NCBI GenBank assembly: GCA_963693055.1
Contig: OY843751.1
Span: 3,104,001-3,168,000 of the forward strand
Direction of reading: 5' to 3'
Length of the DNA: 64,000 nucleotides
Source of the DNA: a bacterium
Lineage (GTDB): Bacteria; Zhuqueibacterota; Zhuqueibacteria; Residuimicrobiales; Krinioviventaceae
This document shows, piece after piece, positions 38,167 to 47,034 of this stretch. The translations under genes and the position numbers were made by a program. Below the pieces are notes generated by a model. It ran no database searches. It was not told where the DNA came from and saw nothing but the letters and a program-made list of their open reading frames with translations. Each line of letters opens with the position of its first letter. Positions within the stretch are counted from its first letter, which is position 1.

Positions 38167-38196
38167 AAAAAGCAGTTCCGCAAGCGGAACTGCTTT
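38167..38196 (-). terminator. Intra-cluster terminator/stabilising hairpin after the major pilin candidate
   Basis: Minus strand AAAGCAGTTCCGC-tt-GCGGAACTGCTTTTT. Confidence 0.8.
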
Positions 38197-38222
38197 AAAT
38201 TTAAAATTGTAAAATATAAAAA

Positions 38223-38819
38223 TTAAGGAGCTTCGGTTGCTTCCCATACATTTAATGTAACCGTAACAGAGTAAGCACCTGCTACATCAACACCAGCTTC
38301 TAAATCAAATTGAATATCGCCGGCAAAATCATTTACCCATACACCCTGAGCATCACTTGAAGTTACACAAGCCTGACCACTTGATCCTAATTCAGTCATA
38401 GTCCCCATAGAATTAGACAAATCACCAAATGTAGTACCAGGATCAATTTGAAGTCTTAAACCAGATGCATTAGGACCATAATTGTCAGGATGTTTGTTTC
38501 CTGTATTTGGATAAGCAGCGGGTACTGTCCAAGCTGAACATAGTGCTTGTACTTCAGTATCATAGTTTGTAGTCAAATTACTAACAGTAAAATAATCAGC
38601 AATTGTATAATTAGCAGGTGAGCCAGGTGCACCAAAATCTCCCAGAGTAATGCTATTCCACTCGGCTACCCATGCAATGGGTGTCATAAATGAAACTGTA
38701 AAAGTTGTTAATCTTCCAATTGTTCCAGAACCGCCACCTGAAGATCCAGTACCTTCTTGACCAAATGACAATACTGCCATAGTTAAAATTAATAATAGAA
38801 CAAGTAGTGTTTTTTTCAT
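38223..38819 (-). CDS. Putative major pilin / fibre subunit
   Basis: Signal peptide, Gly/Ser N-terminal extension, Thr/Gly/Ser-rich beta protein, two Cys, C-terminal AGAYSVTVTLNV. Strong RBS AAGGAG. Confidence 0.55.
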   Translation of the reverse strand: MKKTLLVLLLILTMAVLSFGQEGTGSSGGGSGTIGRLTTFTVSFMTPIAWVAEWNSITLGDFGAPGSPANYTIADYFTVSNLTTNYDTEVQALCSAWTVPAAYPNTGNKHPDNYGPNASGLRLQIDPGTTFGDLSNSMGTMTELGSSGQACVTSSDAQGVWVNDFAGDIQFDLEAGVDVAGAYSVTVTLNVWEATEAP

Positions 38820-38904
38820 TAGAAAACTCCTTTTAAAAATGATTAGTTTGATTATTTACTTTTCACTCTACGTTTACATCACCTCCCAATCATCATCATT
38901 CAAA

Positions 38905-40014
38905 TTATTCAACTTTGGTCATTTTTTTAATCAAACTGGTACCATTTGCTTCAAGCTTGTAAAAATAGACACCGGAACTGATGCTGTTGGCATTATAATC
39001 AAGACCGTTCCAGTCAATACTATAATAACCTGCAGATTGGTTGGCATCTACCAAGGTAGCAATTTTCTTACCCAAAATATTAAATACTTGCAGGGATACA
39101 TGACTATCTATAGCCAATTCGTATCTTATTTTTGTACCTGGATTAAAGGGATTGGGGTAATTTTGCTGCAATACCATAGATGTAGGTGCTTTTGTGGTAA
39201 TCTGGGTACTGGCAATAACATTTGTTTCACCCTTTATTGTAACTTCCTGTACCTGATACCAATACGTTTTATCAATATCAATAAAAGTGTCAGTAAAAGA
39301 ATATTCTGCAGCAACAGTAGCGCTGCCTTTTGCAGGTAACAATGCAGATGTAATACATTGGTAATCACCATCAACAGCATCACTGCGGTAAATGTGGTAA
39401 CCCTGGGTTTCAATTTCAGATTCGGTACGCCAGTTGAGATCAACTTTGTCTTTATTATAATCTGCGGAAAAACTGGCCAATTGAACAGGTAAAGGAAAAT
39501 CTGTAAGAGAATTCACTGTTACAGTACCAGCGATATCAGTAACAAAATCACTACTCTCTATAACTTGTAATGGAGTTACTGCCTCTTTCGTAATCGTGCC
39601 CGTATTATCAGTTGGATTATAATTTATTGTTATCCTTGCAATCAATGTTGTTGCTCCACCAGAACCATCAATGGTAAGATATGGACTAGAGAATTTATCA
39701 TATGAAATCGATAATGTTTTTTCAGTACCACCAGAGGAAGTTAACGCTTGACTATAACCAGCAGCAACTGAAAAATATCTTGAAGAACCAACCGCACTAA
39801 TATATTGACTGGTTAGCGCTGCATTCATATGTAGTTTCAAATAAAATGCGGCAATCTCAGGTGTTTCTGCATTATCATCGGTAGTTGCATTGACATCAAA
39901 CACCAATTGACCTGAAGTATTACTGACAAAATCTACAGTAACATCAACAGCAGCCTGTAATGCGGAAAAACTAACAACCAGAATAACGAGAATTAATGGT
40001 AACAACCTTTTCAT
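38905..40014 (-). CDS. Secreted Ig/cohesin-like protein with FlgD/T9SS-type C-terminal sorting domain
   Basis: Signal peptide, about 150-aa beta domain, PLPVQLASF plus Fn3-like module, then LQQNYPNPFNP...SSGVYFYKL...KKMT. Confidence 0.8.
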   Translation of the reverse strand: MKRLLPLILVILVVSFSALQAAVDVTVDFVSNTSGQLVFDVNATTDDNAETPEIAAFYLKLHMNAALTSQYISAVGSSRYFSVAAGYSQALTSSGGTEKTLSISYDKFSSPYLTIDGSGGATTLIARITINYNPTDNTGTITKEAVTPLQVIESSDFVTDIAGTVTVNSLTDFPLPVQLASFSADYNKDKVDLNWRTESEIETQGYHIYRSDAVDGDYQCITSALLPAKGSATVAAEYSFTDTFIDIDKTYWYQVQEVTIKGETNVIASTQITTKAPTSMVLQQNYPNPFNPGTKIRYELAIDSHVSLQVFNILGKKIATLVDANQSAGYYSIDWNGLDYNANSISSGVYFYKLEANGTSLIKKMTKVE

Positions 40015-40135
40015 ATAGTGCCCTCCTTAAAAAATTGTTTGTGATTTTTGGTACATTTAAAATTAATTTACACAATTAGGTATTAATATTATAAACCCCA
40101 TATTTCATTCAAAAATTCCATATTATTAATTAAAA

Positions 40136-40151
40136 AGCAATTACTATGCCA
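40136..40151 (-). promoter_or_regulatory. Candidate sigma54 promoter for the pilus-like cluster
   Basis: Minus strand TGGCATAGTAATTGCT: GG-N10-GC, near consensus, about 120 nt upstream of ATG 40014. Confidence 0.72.
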
Positions 40152-40280
40152 CAACAATTTACGAAAATTGTCATAATATATATATAATACTCTATTAATT
40201 TTTTAGAAAAAAAACAAGTTGTTTTTTACAAAAAAATATCATCTACTAGAATAACAAGCATTGTTTTTAAAGGGATTAAA

Positions 40281-41459
40281 TCAGAAAGCTCTAACAGCCA
40301 ACCAACTACCTGAAATAAAAGTACCCAATGAGCTACCTAAATTGGCAAGCACTACAACCAAAAGTACCCTGCTAACGGGGTTTTTCCAAAAGCCTTTAAC
40401 GGTAATTATGTCCCCTGCAAGGGACTCAAAGTCAGCAACTGTGGGCTTTTTTACCCACACCTGTACAAGGCCTGCCACCCATCCGGCAGCAATCATAGGA
40501 TTCAAACTGGTTATAGGAGCTCCCACAAATGCGGAAAGAATAGTTAACGGATGCGCAAACGCAAGAGCAGCACCCAAAGCAGAAAGAATTCCATTTACAA
40601 GAACCCAAATGTAGATAGATTGAATTGAATGATCCAGTCCGCCTTTAAAAAATCCTATAACCAATAATGCAAGAATTGCAACGGGTATACCCCACTTAAT
40701 GATTGTAGGAGCTATAGACTTTGGAGGGAGTTTTGTGATTTCTGTTAAATCATTTTCATTTTGAATATGTTCTTGAATTCCCGGGACATGGCCGGCTCCA
40801 ACAACAGCTACAACTTTTTTTCCGGGTGCGTTTCTAATTTTTTCAGCCAAATAAACATCACGTTCATCAATCAGACGAGACTTGACTGCAGGAAAAGCCT
40901 CTGCAAACGTATCCAATATAGATTCCAGTTGGTCCTGATTTTTCATTTCTTCAATTAGATCATCATCAATTTCTTCACTAAACAAAAAACCCGCCAGCAA
41001 ATGTGACATCATTTTCATTTTGTTCCAGAAATTCAGATATCCCCAAACACGTTTCAATGTAATTTCAATATCACGGTCAGCCAGAACTAGCTCAGCACCT
41101 GTGGCTTCACTTTGTTTGATTCCTTCAACCATTTCAGCACCAGGCTCTACACCCAATTGCTCACCCAGTTTACGATAAAAAGATGTCATTATTAATTGAG
41201 CCAGCAAAAACACTGCTTTTTTTTCTTTTATTACTTTGAAAATATTCAGGTTTTTCCATTTATCACGCTGAACAATAGATTGATGCCTTGATTTACAAAG
41301 TTCAATACATATTGAATCGGGAGCAACAATTTCAACTGCCTTTTTAACATCCTGCACACTCTCTTTAGATACATGTGCAGTACCAATCAGATATATATCT
41401 TTATCATTTGCTACTACATGAGTTACACTTTTAGGTAACTGTTCAATAACGGGTTCCAT
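40281..41459 (-). CDS. TraB/PrgY (pheromone shutdown) family protein
   Basis: LIGTAHVS, CIELC, GVEPGAEM, LADRDI, LIDERD, AVVGAGH, C-terminal TM region. Confidence 0.9.
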   Translation of the reverse strand: MEPVIEQLPKSVTHVVANDKDIYLIGTAHVSKESVQDVKKAVEIVAPDSICIELCKSRHQSIVQRDKWKNLNIFKVIKEKKAVFLLAQLIMTSFYRKLGEQLGVEPGAEMVEGIKQSEATGAELVLADRDIEITLKRVWGYLNFWNKMKMMSHLLAGFLFSEEIDDDLIEEMKNQDQLESILDTFAEAFPAVKSRLIDERDVYLAEKIRNAPGKKVVAVVGAGHVPGIQEHIQNENDLTEITKLPPKSIAPTIIKWGIPVAILALLVIGFFKGGLDHSIQSIYIWVLVNGILSALGAALAFAHPLTILSAFVGAPITSLNPMIAAGWVAGLVQVWVKKPTVADFESLAGDIITVKGFWKNPVSRVLLVVVLANLGSSLGTFISGSWLAVRAF

Positions 41460-41556
41460 TCAAAATTCCTTCGTCATAGTGTTAATATAAATACATATTA
41501 TTACGCAATGCTGGCTGTATTGTTTCCTTTGTTATCGGGTAAAGGCGGGATACTCT

Positions 41557-43779
41557 TTACAATTCGGGTTTAAGGATTATAGTGGCCAATGGAGGAACTG
41601 CCAAATTCAATGAAAACGGCTTGCTATGCCATGGCTTGTCTTCACTATTGATACCACCCAAATTCCCTTTATTGCTGCCCCAATAATTTATAGAGTCAGT
41701 ATTTAAAACTTCTCGATAATGAGCATCAAAAGGCACACCTATACGATAATTGTCTCTATATACAGGTGTAAAATTACAAACAAAAACAAGGGTATCTTTG
41801 GGATCATCGGTTTTTCGCATAAACGAAATGATACTATTTTCAGAATCAAGGAAATCAATCCATTCAAAACCTGACTCGTCAAAATCAACTTTGTATAATG
41901 CGGGTTCATTTTGCATTAAATGGTTCAAGTCTTTAACCAGAGACTGTAATTTTTCATGAGGTTCAAAATCTAACAGATGCCAGTCCAGACTCTGAGATTC
42001 CCGCCATTCCTGCCACTGTCCAAATTCTGAGCCCATAAATAAAAGCTTTTTACCCGGATGCCCATACATAAATCCATACAAGGCCCTTAAATTGGCAAAC
42101 TTTTGCCAAAAATCTCCTGGCATTTTATCCAGTAATGCACGTTTTCCATGTACAACTTCATCATGACTTAAAACAAGCATAAAATTTTCATGAAAAGCAT
42201 ACAACAAAGCAAATGTAATCATATTATGATGATATTTACGGTGCACAGGATCTTTACCAAAATATGTCAGAAAATCATTCATCCATCCCATGTTCCATTT
42301 CATATTAAAGCCGAGTCCACCAAGATAAGTGGGCTTACTTACTCCCGGCCATGCGGTTGATTCTTCAGCAATAGACAATGCTCCGGGGAAATAGCTAAAA
42401 ATCAATTCGTTCAATCGTTTCATGAACGAAATCGCTTCAAGATTCTCTCTGCCGCCATATTCATTTGGTATCCATTGCCCGCTATCTCGCGAGTAATCAA
42501 GATACAACATGGATGCAACTGCATCCACACGAATACCATCAATATGATATTTATCAAACCAAAAAAGAGCGTTAGCGATTAAAAAATTCCGTACTTCGTT
42601 ACGTCCAAAATTAAAAATCAAAGTACCCCAATCCTGATGCTCTCCCTTGCGGGGATCAGCATGTTCATATAAATGTGAACCATCAAAAAATGCAAGAGCA
42701 TGCTCATCTTTGGGGAAATGGGCCGGCACCCAATCTACAATTACTCCAATATCATTATAATGACAATAGTCGACAAAATATTGAAAATCTTCAGGATTTC
42801 CAAACCGGGTGCTGGGAGCATAATAACCGGTAACTTGGTATCCCCAGGAGCCATCAAATGGATGCTCCATCACCGGCAATAGTTCTATATGGGTGTATCC
42901 CATTTCTTTAACATATTCAACTAACTCCATAGCAAGTTGACGGTAGGATAAAAAATGATCAGGATTTGAAGGATCACGTTTCCAGGAACCCAGATGCACT
43001 TCGTATATAGATATGGGCTGAGTTAACGGATCTGTATTGCGGCGTTTTTTCATCCACTCTTGATCATTCCATTCATATTTATTAATATCACAAACGATGG
43101 ATGCAGTATTGGGTCGTTTTTCATGCATAAATCCATAAGGATCCATCTTTAAAAAGATGTTACCTTGCTGATCTTTGATTTCATATTTATAGACCTCTGT
43201 CCCAATACCGGGGATAAAAAGTTCCCAAACACCCGAGCCACCCAAACTACGCATTTGATGTTTTCCACCATGCCATTGGTTAAAATTACCAACAACGCTG
43301 ACATTTCTGGCATTGGGAGCCCAAACAGCAAAATGCACGCCCTCTATCCCATCTACGGTCATAAAATGAGCGCCCATTTTTTCATAAATTTTATGATGAT
43401 CTCCAATACCAAACAGATACAGATCTTCATCCGATATTTGAGGTAAAAATATATATGGATCATGAATAAAACGCTCATGCCCATTTTCAGCAATTACATG
43501 ATATTGATAATTTTGAGGTTTGCGACGGCCGCCCATAACAAGCTGAAAAAAATGAGGATTGTGGATTGATTCCATCTCTGTTTCTTTTCCGCTTTCAGGA
43601 TCTCTAACAAACACTTGTTTTGCATCTGGCAACCACGCACGAATAGCCCACATTTTGCTATTTTTAACCTGTACCTGATGTGCCCCTAAAATCTGGAAAG
43701 GATCATGGTGTAAATTACTTGCAATTTTTTCTACATCTGCTGGTGATACAAGCTCCTGAAAACTGTCGTCTTTTTTCAT
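41557..43779 (-). CDS. glgB: 1,4-alpha-glucan branching enzyme
   Basis: [47 protein letters not shown]. Confidence 0.97.
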   Translation of the reverse strand: MKKDDSFQELVSPADVEKIASNLHHDPFQILGAHQVQVKNSKMWAIRAWLPDAKQVFVRDPESGKETEMESIHNPHFFQLVMGGRRKPQNYQYHVIAENGHERFIHDPYIFLPQISDEDLYLFGIGDHHKIYEKMGAHFMTVDGIEGVHFAVWAPNARNVSVVGNFNQWHGGKHQMRSLGGSGVWELFIPGIGTEVYKYEIKDQQGNIFLKMDPYGFMHEKRPNTASIVCDINKYEWNDQEWMKKRRNTDPLTQPISIYEVHLGSWKRDPSNPDHFLSYRQLAMELVEYVKEMGYTHIELLPVMEHPFDGSWGYQVTGYYAPSTRFGNPEDFQYFVDYCHYNDIGVIVDWVPAHFPKDEHALAFFDGSHLYEHADPRKGEHQDWGTLIFNFGRNEVRNFLIANALFWFDKYHIDGIRVDAVASMLYLDYSRDSGQWIPNEYGGRENLEAISFMKRLNELIFSYFPGALSIAEESTAWPGVSKPTYLGGLGFNMKWNMGWMNDFLTYFGKDPVHRKYHHNMITFALLYAFHENFMLVLSHDEVVHGKRALLDKMPGDFWQKFANLRALYGFMYGHPGKKLLFMGSEFGQWQEWRESQSLDWHLLDFEPHEKLQSLVKDLNHLMQNEPALYKVDFDESGFEWIDFLDSENSIISFMRKTDDPKDTLVFVCNFTPVYRDNYRIGVPFDAHYREVLNTDSINYWGSNKGNLGGINSEDKPWHSKPFSLNLAVPPLATIILKPEL

Positions 43780-43780
43780 A

Positions 43781-44464
43781 CTAATATCTTCTCTTTCTTG
43801 TTTCCCGAATAAAGAAAACAACACCTACACTAATGCCAAAATCCGTTGCGTCACTTTTTACTCTTTGACCTTCCACTGTATGAGAAACAGCGTTTGAGAT
43901 CGTTTGATATTTTAGTTCAAAATCTATATGGGGCCCTAAACCAAGATCAAACAAAAATCCCGTACTTAGCGCCCATCCCCAACGTGTCAAACTGCTTTTT
44001 GTATCAGACAAAGGTTGCCCATAATCATAATAGTAATAATCATATGAATAAGGTATTGTTTCAATGGTTCTAAAAGTAAACAACCCACCCATTGGAGCGA
44101 GATATAAAGAAAAACGACCCAATTTTGTGGCAAATTGGGGACCCAGCAAAAACTGAAACGATTCGTTACGGGTTTCTATATATGAATAAGGATCATATTG
44201 ATAAATACTGGTACGTTTTTCTCCAAATGAAAGATAGGTTATATCAAAACGTGGGAGGAAATAGGGTAATGCATCTACACGGTAAAATACTTTGGCACCC
44301 AGTCCCTCTCCATTTCTGGATATATCAGCAAATTCAGATTGTGGGAATGACATTGAAATATGAGGGCCAATTGCCCAATTGGTATTCCAGTTTTTCTGGG
44401 CAAATCCCGAAACAGCAAGAAAAAAAACAAGAACAGCAATTGTATTATATAATTTCATCATCAA
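43781..44464 (-). CDS. Outer membrane beta-barrel protein
   Basis: Signal peptide, alternating aromatic beta strands, terminal [10 protein letters not shown]. Confidence 0.65.
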   Translation of the reverse strand: MMMKLYNTIAVLVFFLAVSGFAQKNWNTNWAIGPHISMSFPQSEFADISRNGEGLGAKVFYRVDALPYFLPRFDITYLSFGEKRTSIYQYDPYSYIETRNESFQFLLGPQFATKLGRFSLYLAPMGGLFTFRTIETIPYSYDYYYYDYGQPLSDTKSSLTRWGWALSTGFLFDLGLGPHIDFELKYQTISNAVSHTVEGQRVKSDATDFGISVGVVFFIRETRKRRY

Positions 44465-44605
44465 CTCCTTTTGACTAGAAAGGATTCACTTAACTTTTGT
44501 ATATTCCACTTGACAAATAAAAAAAAGTTTCCATATACTTGAACATATTAAAAAAAACAATACGGTTCAAGTAAAAACCTGAATACTTGATTCTAAAGAC
44601 AGTAA

Positions 44606-45373
44606 TTATATTTGTTTACAGAATTCAACCAATGTACGATGAAATAAATGATTCAAACTCTCTAATCGCTTCTTATCGATTGTTTGCGTCTTTGAGTTAA
44701 ACCAGTTGGGATGCAAATACAAAGATCGGTTAATCTCAATTTGCAACCAGGGTATAGGATTATAACCATATTCTGAAGTTATATATCCACCGTTAAATGG
44801 CTTGTTGATCATAACTGTACCTGCATCAACACCAAAATACTGCTGAAAACATTGTGCTAAAATCCGGGTTATGCGATTATCACAAGCCTGACCACTGTTA
44901 TTGCTTATACAAACCATGGGTCTCTTTTTACCTGTGTCAGCAGCAATAGGCGGACCGACCTCTGCCATAGAATGACAGTCAAAACCAAAAACAATCTCCC
45001 GACGACGTACTATTCTTTCAATTTTTTGATGATAAGGATAATAATGTTTATCAAGCAAATCATTGAACAATGAATTGTCAGGAAAAAATCCATCCTTGTA
45101 AACCGTTTTTTCATAACAGGTCATTGTTTTAATTACACCATCCGGATATTCAGGTGGAACCATGGATTCATGCCGGTTCACATCAATATATGCCCTTGCA
45201 ATATCAGCTTTAACAACAGATTCCACATTATCTTTTAGATCAAAAATCTCTTGAGTAAATGCATCAGAATCCTCAAATATTCCCCGGGGTCCAATTTGGC
45301 TATTGTCTTTAACTTCCTTGGGGATTGAAGTTCCACCATGGGGTATAGAAATTATAAACGGTAACTTGCTCAT
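44606..45373 (-). CDS. N-formylglutamate amidohydrolase family protein
   Basis: ISIPHGG, RAYIDVNR, YPYH, DCHSM, NKPFNGGYIT, LQIEINRSLY. Confidence 0.9.
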   Translation of the reverse strand: MSKLPFIISIPHGGTSIPKEVKDNSQIGPRGIFEDSDAFTQEIFDLKDNVESVVKADIARAYIDVNRHESMVPPEYPDGVIKTMTCYEKTVYKDGFFPDNSLFNDLLDKHYYPYHQKIERIVRRREIVFGFDCHSMAEVGPPIAADTGKKRPMVCISNNSGQACDNRITRILAQCFQQYFGVDAGTVMINKPFNGGYITSEYGYNPIPWLQIEINRSLYLHPNWFNSKTQTIDKKRLESLNHLFHRTLVEFCKQI

Positions 45374-45390
45374 CAAACACATCCTTAAAT

Positions 45391-47022
45391 TTAAAAGCCA
45401 ATAGCCGCACCATCTCGGCGGATATCAGCAACTCCTTGAAATCCTTTATTATTTTTCAACAACATTACAGCTTGAATACAGCCCAGATAAAAAGAATAGT
45501 CTTCCCGCATATCTATTCGGAAGCCTTTTTCCTTTAAAAATCGAATCACATCCTCTGAAATTCGTTCTCCTTCAAGACTTACTCTACCCCCTAGTGAACA
45601 ATGTAATCGCGGCGCCTTCATAGCCTGATCAATGGAAAAATTTTCATCAATAATGCGCGATAAAAACAGAGCCAATGTAGAAATAATCCGTTCACTTCCC
45701 GGGCTTCCCAGCGACATCCACAATTCTTCATCATGAAACAATAATGAAGGGCTCACCGTAGCCCAGGGAACACCATTGGGGCGTAAATAATACGGGTGTT
45801 CCGGATAAGAATATTCATAATCAAATAAATAGTTATTATAAAGAAATCCCAAACCCTGTGCTGCAGCTTTACTACCATATACTCGTTCAATTGATTGAGT
45901 CAGGCTTACTGCATTACCCGCCTTGTCAATAACTGATAAATGAGTAGTATCTCCATGCAACTCATCCAGGGTAGGTATGAATGGTAAAATTGTCTTGTCA
46001 TAATCTTTAATAATATCCATAACACATTCACGTGCAAAAAGAGGGTCCAGCATATCTGCATTGTCTGCAATCTGTGGAAAGAAATTGGGATCAAAGGGCC
46101 GGTCAGATCTTTCCAATAATGATTTTCGCATCAATTGTGCAAATAGATAATATCTTGTTACATCATCTTTATACAAAATCTCTTTTGGCACCCAATCTAA
46201 CATCATCAAAGTAAACAGCAATGTTCTGCCTGAACCTGGTGGAGGCATGGTATATATTTCAACATCTCTAAACGAACGTACAAGCGGTTCACGTTCAATA
46301 GGAAACGGAACCAAAGCCAGATCATCATAACGCAGCAGTCCACCATTCTCTCTCATATCCGCATCAATCTGCTTGGCAATGCTACCTCTATAAAAACTCT
46401 CTATTCCGGTTTTAACCAAAGTTTTCAATAAATGTGCAAGATCTTTTTGCTTAAAAATTTCCCCTTCTTTATAGGGTATTCCATCCTTATAAAAGTAAGA
46501 CAATCCGCTTTTTGATCCAACCTGATTAAATTTTTCCTGTTCCCTTTTCAACAAGCTATGTTGAAGAGGGGTAACAGGGAAACCATTTTCTGCATAATGA
46601 ATAGCAGGATCCAAAATCTGGGCCCAATCCAAAGATCCATATTGCTTATGAACATACCACAATGTTGCAAGTGTACTTGGTACTGTAGTGGCTCGGTAAC
46701 CCAAAGATTTATCATGCTCATAAATAGAGCTGGAATGCGCAAGCGAAGGTGCCCGTGACGATCCATCAATAGCCATTACTTTGCCATCTATACGCAAAAG
46801 CATCATTGTCTGGCCCCCAAGTCCGCTTGCCTGGGGTTCGGTAACAGATAAAACAAAGGCTGCTGCAACTGCTGCGTCAACAGCATTACCACCTTTTTGT
46901 AAAATATGACTTCCTGCTTTTGAAGCTTGAAGCGATTGTGTTGCAATCATACCATTTTCCGCAAATGAACATTTGGAATCAGATGTCTCGCGGAAACGGG
47001 TTTCTATTTGTTTTATCTCCAT
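45391..47022 (-). CDS. Gamma-glutamyltransferase family (Ntn hydrolase)
   Basis: GGNAVDAAVA, EPQASGLGG, nucleophile DTTHLSVID..GNAVSLT, GFLYNN, GSPGS, APRLH. Confidence 0.9.
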   Translation of the reverse strand: MEIKQIETRFRETSDSKCSFAENGMIATQSLQASKAGSHILQKGGNAVDAAVAAAFVLSVTEPQASGLGGQTMMLLRIDGKVMAIDGSSRAPSLAHSSSIYEHDKSLGYRATTVPSTLATLWYVHKQYGSLDWAQILDPAIHYAENGFPVTPLQHSLLKREQEKFNQVGSKSGLSYFYKDGIPYKEGEIFKQKDLAHLLKTLVKTGIESFYRGSIAKQIDADMRENGGLLRYDDLALVPFPIEREPLVRSFRDVEIYTMPPPGSGRTLLFTLMMLDWVPKEILYKDDVTRYYLFAQLMRKSLLERSDRPFDPNFFPQIADNADMLDPLFARECVMDIIKDYDKTILPFIPTLDELHGDTTHLSVIDKAGNAVSLTQSIERVYGSKAAAQGLGFLYNNYLFDYEYSYPEHPYYLRPNGVPWATVSPSLLFHDEELWMSLGSPGSERIISTLALFLSRIIDENFSIDQAMKAPRLHCSLGGRVSLEGERISEDVIRFLKEKGFRIDMREDYSFYLGCIQAVMLLKNNKGFQGVADIRRDGAAIGF

Positions 47023-47034
47023 ACCTGTTACCGA

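Noticed and set aside
40208-40227. Palindrome AAAAAACAAGTTGTTTTTT upstream of the pilus-like cluster
   Set aside because: Almost entirely A/T in an AT-rich region. It could be chance or a weak terminator for traB, so it is not enough to call an operator.
40281-41459. TraB as evidence of a conjugative element
   Set aside because: It is the TraB/PrgY/Tiki-like protease family, commonly chromosomal. No T4SS, relaxase or oriT features are nearby.
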